From positions 1-47,597 of the forward strand of contig JAQIBE010000250.1 in assembly GCA_027859235.1 (NCBI GenBank): 47,597 bases of DNA. The letters are read 5' to 3'. Below are positions 8,728 through 17,135 of this stretch, piece after piece; the first letter of the stretch is position 1; every line of letters starts with the position of its first letter. The notes under the pieces are model-generated. The model saw only the letters and a program-made list of their open reading frames with translations, did no database searches and was not told the DNA's origin. A program made the position numbers and the translations under genes. Source of the stretch: Desulfobulbaceae bacterium (GTDB lineage Bacteria > Desulfobacterota > Desulfobulbia > Desulfobulbales > SURF-16).

Positions 8728-10947
8728 ATGACTTCTGCGAATCCAAACAAACAAAAATCCTCCCTGTCGGCCTCTGTTAAGGATCAATCTGGTGCAGGTA
8801 AATTAAAGATTGGTGAAATTCTTCGTAAAGAGGGGCAGATCAACTCCACCATGTTGGCCCAAGCCGTGAAGATTCAAAAGAAAAATGGGAGGAGATTGTC
8901 AAGTATCTTGCTGTCGCTTGGTCATATTGAAGAGGATACGGTGAGTAAAATTCTCAGCAGGGTGATGAATTTTACAAGTGTCGTTATTGAAGATCAGCAT
9001 CCCAGTGAAGATGTTCGACAGCTTGTCAGCGCTGAACTCGCCATGAAGTATCTCATTTTTCCAATACGTAAAACCAACAATACCATCATGATCGCCATGA
9101 GTGAGCCTACGGATACGCAGGCCATTGATGAGATTCAGTTTGAGTTGAAGGCAGGCCTTGATGTAAATGTCGCCACTGAGCGGGATATTGCTGATGCGAT
9201 CCTCAAGTATTATGGAATATCTGCAGAGGAGCATCGCGAGTTACTTGGTTTAAGTGCACAGGCCGATGAGGAGGAGGAAGAGGAGGTTGCAAATATTGCT
9301 GATTTTGGCTCCCTTGCCTCTGAAGTTGCCGATAATATGGCCATTGAGACCACAGATATGGATGAAGGGCCTGAAGAATTTTCAGCCTCGGATGCCCCCA
9401 TCATCAAATTGGTTAATGGTATTTTAATTAAGGCAGTGCAGGATGGTGTTTCCGATGTTCACATTGAGCCCTATGAGAAAAATTTACAGATACGCTATCG
9501 TCTTGACGGTTCCCTGTATAAATCCATGAACCTGCCTGTGGGTATTAAAAATGCACTCACCTCTCGAGTTAAAATTTTAGCTACGCTGGATATTACGGAA
9601 AGAAGGGTCCCGCAGGATGGTCGTATCAAGATGCGTATTGGTCGTAATAAGGTGGTGGACTTTCGTGTTTCAACCCTGCCGACCCTGTGGGGTGAATCCA
9701 TTGTCTTGCGGATCTTGGATAAGTCTTCCTTGAATGTTGATTTAACCAAACTAGGTTTTGAAGTTGAGACCTTTGAGGCCTTAAAACGAAGTCTTGAAAA
9801 GCCGCAAGGGCTTCTTCTGGTTACTGGCCCCACGGGTTCTGGGAAGACGGTAACCCTGTACTCGGCCTTAAATTCTTTGAATAAAGAAGATACCAAGATT
9901 CTGACGGCTGAAGATCCTGTGGAGTTTAACTTTAAAGGTATCAATCAGGTTAATATTCACCAGGAGGTGGGGATGACCTTCCCTAAGGCCCTTAAGGCCT
10001 TCCTGCGTCAAGACCCTGATATTATCATGGTTGGTGAAATTCGTGATATGGAAACGGCAGAGATTGCTATAAAGGCTGCCATGACGGGTCACCTTGTGTT
10101 TTCAACCCTGCATACAAACGATGCTGCTGCAACTATTGGTCGTTTGGTTGATATTGGTATTCCTCCCTTCATGTTGTCGTCTTCTCTTTCCATGGTGCTC
10201 GCTCAACGACTAGGTCGCCGCTTATGTAAAAATTGTAAATCTCCAATTGATCGTCCAGCCGATGATGTTTTATTGGGTTATGGTTTTACTGAGGCGCTTC
10301 TTGCAAAAGAGTTTCAACTCTTTGAGCCTAAGGGGTGCGGGGTATGTAATGGCGGTGGGTATAAGGGGCGGGTTGGGTTTTTTGAGCTCATGGAGGTGAC
10401 CGATGATGTGGCCACTGCAATTAATGCCGAGGTTCCCGAGGATCAGCTTCGAAAAGTTGCTATTCAGTCAGGGATGCACCCCTTACGCTATGCGGCACTT
10501 TTGAAGGCGAGTCGGGGGGTGACTGCTATCCGGGAAGTGCTTAAGACAACGGTTATCAATGAAGAAAGTCTTCCAGCTTATCTGGTCAATCCTGAGGTGG
10601 AAGTCTACCTGGATGGCGAAGATATAATCTATCAGGGCAATAAGGATATTGATTTCTTCAAACTCCTGCAAGGCACTGTTATGGTGGTAAAAGATGGTAA
10701 ACGTATTGCTGATATTAAAGAGCCTGGTGAGTATTTTGGTGAGATGTCAGCAATTTCAGGTGAACCACGAACAGCATCCATTGTTGCTAGGGGTAAAGCG
10801 AAGGTGAAACGTTTTCCTGGTGATAAAATGATGGAGATTATTGAAAAGCATCCTAATGTTGCCAAGCATCTCTTCAGGACACTCGTAATGCGTCTTGGCC
10901 AAACCAGTGATATTATTGTAAAGCTTGCTGAAAATGCCAGACGGTAA
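8728..10947 (+). CDS. PilB/GspE/MshE-family secretion ATPase with N-terminal MshEN-like domain and C-terminal cyclic-nucleotide-binding domain
   Basis: Walker A GPTGSGKT, Walker B DPDIIMVGEIRD, His box TGHLVFSTLHTN and tetracysteine CKNCKSP...GCGVCNGGGYKGR. The N-terminus has tandem 24-residue MshEN-like motifs. The C-terminus has the CAP-family cNMP motif GEYFGEMSAISGEPRTASIVA. Confidence 0.85.
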   Translation: MTSANPNKQKSSLSASVKDQSGAGKLKIGEILRKEGQINSTMLAQAVKIQKKNGRRLSSILLSLGHIEEDTVSKILSRVMNFTSVVIEDQHPSEDVRQLVSAELAMKYLIFPIRKTNNTIMIAMSEPTDTQAIDEIQFELKAGLDVNVATERDIADAILKYYGISAEEHRELLGLSAQADEEEEEEVANIADFGSLASEVADNMAIETTDMDEGPEEFSASDAPIIKLVNGILIKAVQDGVSDVHIEPYEKNLQIRYRLDGSLYKSMNLPVGIKNALTSRVKILATLDITERRVPQDGRIKMRIGRNKVVDFRVSTLPTLWGESIVLRILDKSSLNVDLTKLGFEVETFEALKRSLEKPQGLLLVTGPTGSGKTVTLYSALNSLNKEDTKILTAEDPVEFNFKGINQVNIHQEVGMTFPKALKAFLRQDPDIIMVGEIRDMETAEIAIKAAMTGHLVFSTLHTNDAAATIGRLVDIGIPPFMLSSSLSMVLAQRLGRRLCKNCKSPIDRPADDVLLGYGFTEALLAKEFQLFEPKGCGVCNGGGYKGRVGFFELMEVTDDVATAINAEVPEDQLRKVAIQSGMHPLRYAALLKASRGVTAIREVLKTTVINEESLPAYLVNPEVEVYLDGEDIIYQGNKDIDFFKLLQGTVMVVKDGKRIADIKEPGEYFGEMSAISGEPRTASIVARGKAKVKRFPGDKMMEIIEKHPNVAKHLFRTLVMRLGQTSDIIVKLAENARR

Positions 10948-11371
10948 ATAATTTCATATTTTCCGCAACTTCTGTTTTTAATTTCAAATAAGTCCTGTTG
11001 AATTTTCCTGTTAAGCGTGCTTATGTATTACTGTCGGTTCGCGATAGGTATAACTACTTGTACCTTAAAAAGAAAGCAGTTATGCGAAGTTAAAGCTCTG
11101 CTAAATTACAATTGGCTGTGCTAAAAATTGTTGCAAAAAAGGCGCAACTTTACTAGTCTTGGTTGGTTTATTTTTTAGATTATACCCAACTGGTGTCCCG
11201 TTTTGTTCTGAGCCTGTTAATGTTTGCTAAACATGGTAGGGTACACTCGCTTGGGCTTCGTCTTGTTTGGGGTGGTTGTTTTTTGCGCCAGCCAACTGTT
11301 TTAGACTTCATTTAGGTTGGTTGTTTTAAGGCCAATCTATCGTAAATATTTATGTGATTTAAGGAGATTCA

Positions 11372-12256
11372 ATGAGCGCCAAGATTATCAGCGGGACCGA
11401 AACAGCCAAAGCGATTAGGGAAGAGTTAAAGCTAGAAGTTGCAGAACTTACAGAGAAACATAATATTGTTCCTGGTCTTGTGACTATTCTGGTGGGTGAA
11501 GATCCTGCATCACAATCTTATGTTTCAGCAAAAAATAAGACGGCTCATGCCCTGGGTATTCATTCTGAGCAGGTTACCCTGGATGCTGCTACCCCGGAAG
11601 AAGCTCTTCTGACCCTTGTTGACAAGTATAATAAGGACGATAAAATTAACGGTATTCTTGTTCAGCTCCCCCTGCCGAAGCATATTAATGAGGCAAAGGT
11701 GCTGTATGCCATTGATCCGGATAAGGATGTCGATGGTTTTCACCCTGTAAACATCGGCAAGATGGTTCTCGGTGAAGAATGTTTCCTTCCCTGTACTCCA
11801 CACGGTATCCTGGAGCTTCTCATTCGTTCCGGTGTTGAGACGTCTGGTGCCGAGGTTGTTATTGTCGGCCGTTCCAATATCGTTGGCAAGCCAATGGCCA
11901 ATCTCATGCTGCAAAAACGTGCGGGTGGCAATGCCACTGTTACTCTTTGCCATACCAGGACAAAAGATATTGATTTTCACCTCAAACGTGCTGATATTAT
12001 CATTGCCGCCGTTGGTGTTGCGAACATGATCAGCGCGGATCAAGTTAAAGAGGGTGTTGTGGTTATTGATGTCGGTGTGAATCGTATTGGTCAGGCAGCG
12101 AACGGCAAGGCTCTTCTGGCGGGTGATGTTGACTTTGTTTCCGTGAAGGAAAAGGCCGCAGCAATTACCCCTGTTCCAGGTGGTGTCGGCCCTATGACCA
12201 TTACGATGCTGATGAAAAACACCGTTCAGGCTGCACGTATGGCCAATGGCCTTTAA
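11372..12256 (+). CDS. folD: bifunctional methylene-THF dehydrogenase / methenyl-THF cyclohydrolase
   Basis: VGRSNIVGKPMANLM and TPVPGGVGPMT motifs. AAGGAG RBS lies upstream. Confidence 0.96.
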   Translation: MSAKIISGTETAKAIREELKLEVAELTEKHNIVPGLVTILVGEDPASQSYVSAKNKTAHALGIHSEQVTLDAATPEEALLTLVDKYNKDDKINGILVQLPLPKHINEAKVLYAIDPDKDVDGFHPVNIGKMVLGEECFLPCTPHGILELLIRSGVETSGAEVVIVGRSNIVGKPMANLMLQKRAGGNATVTLCHTRTKDIDFHLKRADIIIAAVGVANMISADQVKEGVVVIDVGVNRIGQAANGKALLAGDVDFVSVKEKAAAITPVPGGVGPMTITMLMKNTVQAARMANGL

Positions 12257-12322
12257 GTACGCGCATTTAGTTTAATCTGAAATTTTCATTTTCTCAAAAA
12301 TACAATGTTGAGGGTAATATAG

Positions 12323-14308
12323 ATGGCTTCTTCAAGAAATGAATGTGAAGGATGTGCAGATATGACCTGTGCTTCTTCTAAATTGGTTCTTGCTCAGGAC
12401 ATAGCAAAGGACACCAAGACTGCCTATGACCGTGTCAAGGCCCGTGGCATGGCAGCATGTCTTTTTGGGCAAAAAGGTACCTGCTGCAAGAATTGCAACA
12501 TGGGACCTTGTCAGATTATTGATGGCGTTGAGTCCATGGTCGGTGTCTGTGGTGCTACTGCGGATACGGTTACGGCCCGCAACTTTGCCCGTACCGTTGC
12601 TGCGGGTTCAGCAGCCCACGGCGATCATGCCCGTGAGATGGTTAAGGGTTTTATTGAAACTGCAAAGGGAAATACGCCCCACGAGATTAAGGACGAGGTC
12701 AAACTGCATAGTCTGGCTGCGGTTTACGGCGTTGACGTTGAAGGCCGCGACAAGAACGACATTGCCCTTGAACTTGGCGAAAAGGCCCTTGCTGATTTCG
12801 GCAGTCAAAATGATGAACCTCTGGCCATGCTGAAGCGTGCCCCTGCGGAACGTCAAAAAATCTGGAAGAAACTTGGTGTTGAGCCCCGCGGTATAGACCG
12901 CGAGGTCGTTGAGCTTATGCATCGTACCCATATGGGTGTTGATCAGCAGTATGAGAACATCACCAATCAGGCTTCACGCTGTGCTTTATCTGATGGTTGG
13001 GGCTCCTCCATGCTCTCCACTGAACTGACTGATATCATGTTCGGCACCCCGGTTCCACGGCGGTCCGTTGTTGATCTTGGTGTGCTTCAAAAAGATCAGG
13101 TTAATGTGGCTGTCCATGGTCATGAGCCGCTCCTGGCGGAATCGCTCTGTATTGCAGCCCAGGATCAGGAGATGCTCGACCTTGCCAAGGCGCAGGGTGC
13201 CAAGGGTATCAACCTTGTCGGTGTCTGTTGTACGGGAAATGAAATTCTCATGCGCCGCGGAATTCCGGTTGCGGCGGGTTTTATCCAGCAGGAAATTACC
13301 ATTGCAACCGGCGCCATTGAAGCCATGGTGGTTGACGTGCAATGTGTGATGCAATCACTCGGTGAGATGACACGGAATCTGCATACCGATATCATCACCA
13401 CCAACTATCGTGCGAAGATGCCGTTTGCTATTCATATCCCCTTTGATGAGCATGCTGCCATGGCCTCTGCCAAGGAAATTCTCACCAAAGCCATTATGAA
13501 TTACAAGAAACGCGGGAAGTTCTATATTCCTGAAGAGAAAAAGCTGGATGTTGTTGTCGGTTTCTCCCATGAAACCATTAACCGGATGCTCGGCGGTCGT
13601 TTCCGTGCCAGTTATCGTCCTTTGAATGATAACATTATTAATGGCCGTATCCGTGGTGTCGGTATCATTGTTGGTTGTGATAACTTCAAACTCAATGACG
13701 ATGCCCATGAGATTATTGCCAAAGAACTCATTAAGAATAATATTCTTGTTCTTGCCACTGGCTGTGCTGCCACAGCGCTTGGCCGTGCTGATCTTATGAA
13801 TCCTGAGGCCGCCAAATATTGCGGTCCGGGACTTGCCGAGGTTTGTGAAACCGTTGGTATGCCGCCTGTACTGCACATGGGTTCCTGTGTTGACAACAGC
13901 CGTCTCCTTATTGCCGCTACAGCAATGGTTAATGAAGGTGGCCTTGGTGATGATATCAGTGATCTGCCGGCTGTTGGTACCGCACCGTTATGGATGAGTG
14001 AAAAGGCGGTTGCCATTGGTCAATATTTTGTTGCCAGTGGTGCCCAGGTTATCTTCCAGTCTCTTCCGACAGATGGTTCCAAGGTCTTTGATAAGTATCT
14101 CAAAGAAGATATGATGGAGACCTATGGTGCCGTGTGGAATGTTGAGGCCGATCCACTGAAAATTGCAAAATCCATTATTGCTAAAATTGAAGAAAAACGT
14201 GAAGCCTTAGGCATCAACAAAAAGCAGGACCGTGTTTTGTTTGATATGGAAATGCGTCGCGACCAGGAAGGTGGCGAACTTAAGGGTGTCGGCTGTAGTG
14301 TAACTTAA
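12323..14308 (+). CDS. cooS: anaerobic Ni-dependent carbon monoxide dehydrogenase catalytic subunit
   Basis: N-terminal D/B-cluster cysteines GQKGTCCKNCNMGPCQI, then VHGHEP, CCTGNE and GSCVDNSR. Sits next to acsB/acsC. Confidence 0.93.
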   Translation: MASSRNECEGCADMTCASSKLVLAQDIAKDTKTAYDRVKARGMAACLFGQKGTCCKNCNMGPCQIIDGVESMVGVCGATADTVTARNFARTVAAGSAAHGDHAREMVKGFIETAKGNTPHEIKDEVKLHSLAAVYGVDVEGRDKNDIALELGEKALADFGSQNDEPLAMLKRAPAERQKIWKKLGVEPRGIDREVVELMHRTHMGVDQQYENITNQASRCALSDGWGSSMLSTELTDIMFGTPVPRRSVVDLGVLQKDQVNVAVHGHEPLLAESLCIAAQDQEMLDLAKAQGAKGINLVGVCCTGNEILMRRGIPVAAGFIQQEITIATGAIEAMVVDVQCVMQSLGEMTRNLHTDIITTNYRAKMPFAIHIPFDEHAAMASAKEILTKAIMNYKKRGKFYIPEEKKLDVVVGFSHETINRMLGGRFRASYRPLNDNIINGRIRGVGIIVGCDNFKLNDDAHEIIAKELIKNNILVLATGCAATALGRADLMNPEAAKYCGPGLAEVCETVGMPPVLHMGSCVDNSRLLIAATAMVNEGGLGDDISDLPAVGTAPLWMSEKAVAIGQYFVASGAQVIFQSLPTDGSKVFDKYLKEDMMETYGAVWNVEADPLKIAKSIIAKIEEKREALGINKKQDRVLFDMEMRRDQEGGELKGVGCSVT

Positions 14309-14376
14309 TTGCTGCGGATTGATGGAAAGGGTGTTTACGCACCCCTTATTAATAAATGAACTAAGGTAAATCGCCG

Positions 14377-17097
14377 ATGAAATCGGGTAGTCGTTTAGAA
14401 CGTATATTAAAAGCGGGTCATTTTGCTGTGACAGGTGAGCTTGGACCGCCTAAATCCAGTGATCCAGAGGTGGTTCGCCAGAAGGCTCGGATACTCAAAG
14501 GGCATGTTGATGCGGTAAATATTACTGATTGTCAGACAGCCATTGTCCGCATGTCTTCTATCTCTGCGGGTCTCATAACCCAACAGGAAGGTCTTGAGCC
14601 TGTAATCCAGATGACTTGCCGTGATCGTAACCGTATTGGTATGCAGTCCGATATTCTCGGTGCCTCAGCCCTCGGTCTAAAGAACCTTCTCTGTCTCACT
14701 GGTGATCATCAGAAGTTTGGTAATCACCCCGGTTCAAAAGGCGTCTTTGATATGGACTCTATTCAAATGCTCGGTATGGTCAAGACCATGCGGGATGAGA
14801 AGGAGTTCCAATGTGGTGAGGCCATTAAGGGTGACGCTCCTAAATTGTTCCTGGGCTGTGCTGCGAATCCCTTTGCCTATCCCTTTGAGTTCAGGGCCAA
14901 ACGTCTTGCCAAAAAAGTGGCTCAGGGTGCTGACTTTGTGCAGACCCAGATTATCTATAATGTAGATAAATTTGCGAAATTCATGGAAATGGTTCGCGAT
15001 CTTGGTCTTCACGAGAAATGTCATATCCTGGCCGGTGTTACCCCGCCTAAATCATTAGGTATGGCTCGGTACATGCAGAAGTTTGTGCCCGGTATGGACG
15101 TTACAGATGAAGTGATTCAGAGGTTGCAGGACGCGAAGGACAAGCAGGAAGAAGGGATTCAGATCTGTGTTGATATCATCAATCAGATCAAGGAAATTGA
15201 AGGTGTTGCCGGTGCCCATGTCATGGCTATTGGCTGGGAAGAGGCTGTGCCTGAAATTATCAGCCGCGCCGGTCTTTCCAGCCGCCCCGTGCTTGACGAT
15301 GATCTTCCTGCTGTTGAGAAGGCTAGAGAGTCCATTGTTGTGACCACGGCCCCGCTTGATACAGCCAAGGCTGATGCGATTCTTGCGGAAGCCAAAGCGC
15401 ACGCAAAACGAATTGTTGCTGAGGCACAGGCTGAAGCGGATAAGTTTGATCAGGCCAAAGCCCATGCGGTACAACTGCTTGCAGATGCTAAAGCTTCTTC
15501 AACCCCAAATATTGAAAATACAGTTAATCAAGATATAGAAGCAGGAGAACATGAGATGAATGAACAAGAACGGTTACTTGCGCTTGAATCTGTGACCAAT
15601 GGATTAAATGCATTGAAAGCTGCCTTTAATCTGACAGATGAGCAATTTGAAGCATTATCAAGCTTTGCCGGGGCTCAAAACATCCTTGGGAAGGTTCCCA
15701 ATGCAGCTTCCCCAGTTGCACCCGCTTCAACATCGGCTGCGGTTGCCGCTCCTGTTGAAACTGTAAGTGCACCAGCTGCAACAGCCGCTCCTGCAGCCGC
15801 CTCCATTGAAAAGACACCGCGAACACCACAAACGGCTGAGGATCTTCCTCTAGAGGTTGTGAAACGTTATGAAGCCTTAATGGAAAGGGCAGGGGGTGTT
15901 TTGCCCAGTGCGTTTACTGTTGATGATTCAGCTGAGCAAGAAACTGCCGCTGCACCTGCGCAAGCAGCAGAAGTTGAGGCTGCACCAGTAGAAACAGCGA
16001 AACCTGCCGCCCCAGCAGTGAAAAAAACTAAAGCAAAATCTGCCGCACCAGCAGTGAAAAAAGCGAAAGCAAAACCGGCGGCTTCTAAGGCCCCTGTCGC
16101 CGGTGATGCCGGTTCCTTTGCTATAGAGACAACGCCGCTTGCTGAACGTGCTTCAAAGGTTCCTGTCACGGCCTACACGGCTAAATACACGGGTGCTATT
16201 CGTGAAACCACCCTTGGTAACGGCGACAATACCATCACCATCGGTGGTGAGTCGACAATGCCTTTCCAACTCTTTGAAGGGAGTATGGCCAATAAGCCAC
16301 GTATCGCCATGGAAGTTGTTGATTCCGGCACGGATGGATGGCCTGAAACCATTACCCGTCATTTTGCAGACGTTCTGGATAACCCCGTAGCCTGGGCCCA
16401 AAAATGTGTTGCTGAGTATGGTGCCGATGCGATTTGTGTCTCCCTGACCTCAACGGATCCAAACGGCATGAACAATGGGGCTGATGCCGCTGCCAAAACA
16501 GCTGCCGCAGTTATTGATGCCGTTGACGTGCCTGTCATTGTCTGGGGTTGTGAAAACGCTGAAAAAGATACTGATACCCTGCGTGAATTGACCTCACTCA
16601 TCGGTGATAAGAAGGTTTGTCTGGCGCCGCTTTCTGAGGCAAACTACCGCTCCCTGGGTGCCACCGCAATGGCGTTTCAGCATCCGATTGTTTCGGCTTC
16701 CCCCATTGATGTAAACCTTGCCAAGCAGCTTAACATCCTCATGGAAAATCTGGGTGTGAGTTTGAACAATGTTATGATCGATCCGTCTGTCGGCGCACTT
16801 GGCTATGGTATTGAGTACACCTATTCTGTTATGGAGCGTATTCGGCAAGCGGCCTTAATGCAGCAGGACGAGAAGTTACAGGTACCTATTATTTGTAATC
16901 TTGGTCGCGAGGTTTGGAAGGCTAAGGAATGTCGACTGCCTTCTGATGCAATCATCGGTGATCAGGAAACACGCTCCCTCATGATGGAAGCCATTACTGC
17001 AAGTTGTATGCTCATGGCGGGCGGTGAGCTGATGATCATGCGTCATCCTAAGGCTGTTAGTCTTACCCGCGCTATGATCGATGGTTTAATGGCGTAA
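14377..17097 (+). CDS. fusion protein: MetF-type methylenetetrahydrofolate reductase domain, Ala/Pro/Lys-rich linker, then corrinoid Fe-S protein small subunit (AcsD/CdhD)
   Basis: Uninterrupted 906-codon ORF. Residues ~1-300 carry MTHFR-family features (GELGPPKS, VNITDCQ, QMTCRDRNR...LLCLTGDH). Residues ~590-906 are collinear with AcsD (AWAQKCVAEYGADAICVSL, IDPSVGALGYGIEYTYSVMERIR). The region in between is low-complexity. Confidence 0.85.
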   Translation: MKSGSRLERILKAGHFAVTGELGPPKSSDPEVVRQKARILKGHVDAVNITDCQTAIVRMSSISAGLITQQEGLEPVIQMTCRDRNRIGMQSDILGASALGLKNLLCLTGDHQKFGNHPGSKGVFDMDSIQMLGMVKTMRDEKEFQCGEAIKGDAPKLFLGCAANPFAYPFEFRAKRLAKKVAQGADFVQTQIIYNVDKFAKFMEMVRDLGLHEKCHILAGVTPPKSLGMARYMQKFVPGMDVTDEVIQRLQDAKDKQEEGIQICVDIINQIKEIEGVAGAHVMAIGWEEAVPEIISRAGLSSRPVLDDDLPAVEKARESIVVTTAPLDTAKADAILAEAKAHAKRIVAEAQAEADKFDQAKAHAVQLLADAKASSTPNIENTVNQDIEAGEHEMNEQERLLALESVTNGLNALKAAFNLTDEQFEALSSFAGAQNILGKVPNAASPVAPASTSAAVAAPVETVSAPAATAAPAAASIEKTPRTPQTAEDLPLEVVKRYEALMERAGGVLPSAFTVDDSAEQETAAAPAQAAEVEAAPVETAKPAAPAVKKTKAKSAAPAVKKAKAKPAASKAPVAGDAGSFAIETTPLAERASKVPVTAYTAKYTGAIRETTLGNGDNTITIGGESTMPFQLFEGSMANKPRIAMEVVDSGTDGWPETITRHFADVLDNPVAWAQKCVAEYGADAICVSLTSTDPNGMNNGADAAAKTAAAVIDAVDVPVIVWGCENAEKDTDTLRELTSLIGDKKVCLAPLSEANYRSLGATAMAFQHPIVSASPIDVNLAKQLNILMENLGVSLNNVMIDPSVGALGYGIEYTYSVMERIRQAALMQQDEKLQVPIICNLGREVWKAKECRLPSDAIIGDQETRSLMMEAITASCMLMAGGELMIMRHPKAVSLTRAMIDGLMA
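16004..16075 (+). repeat. 36-nt tandem duplication inside the MetF~AcsD linker
   Basis: ctgccgccccagcagtgaaaaaaactaaagcaaaat (16004-16039) is followed directly by ctgccgcaccagcagtgaaaaaagcgaaagcaaaac (16040-16075). They encode AAPAVKKTKAK / AAPAVKKAKAK. Confidence 0.9.
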
Positions 17098-17135
17098 TGG
17101 ATAGTTTGTCTAAGTAATTATTAAAGAGGAATATA

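Noticed and set aside
10948-11371. THF riboswitch upstream of folD; lysine riboswitch upstream of lysC (31596-31907)
   Set aside because: I could not identify the conserved cores of these RNA families by eye. The claim would need a covariance-model scan, so it is not reported as a feature.
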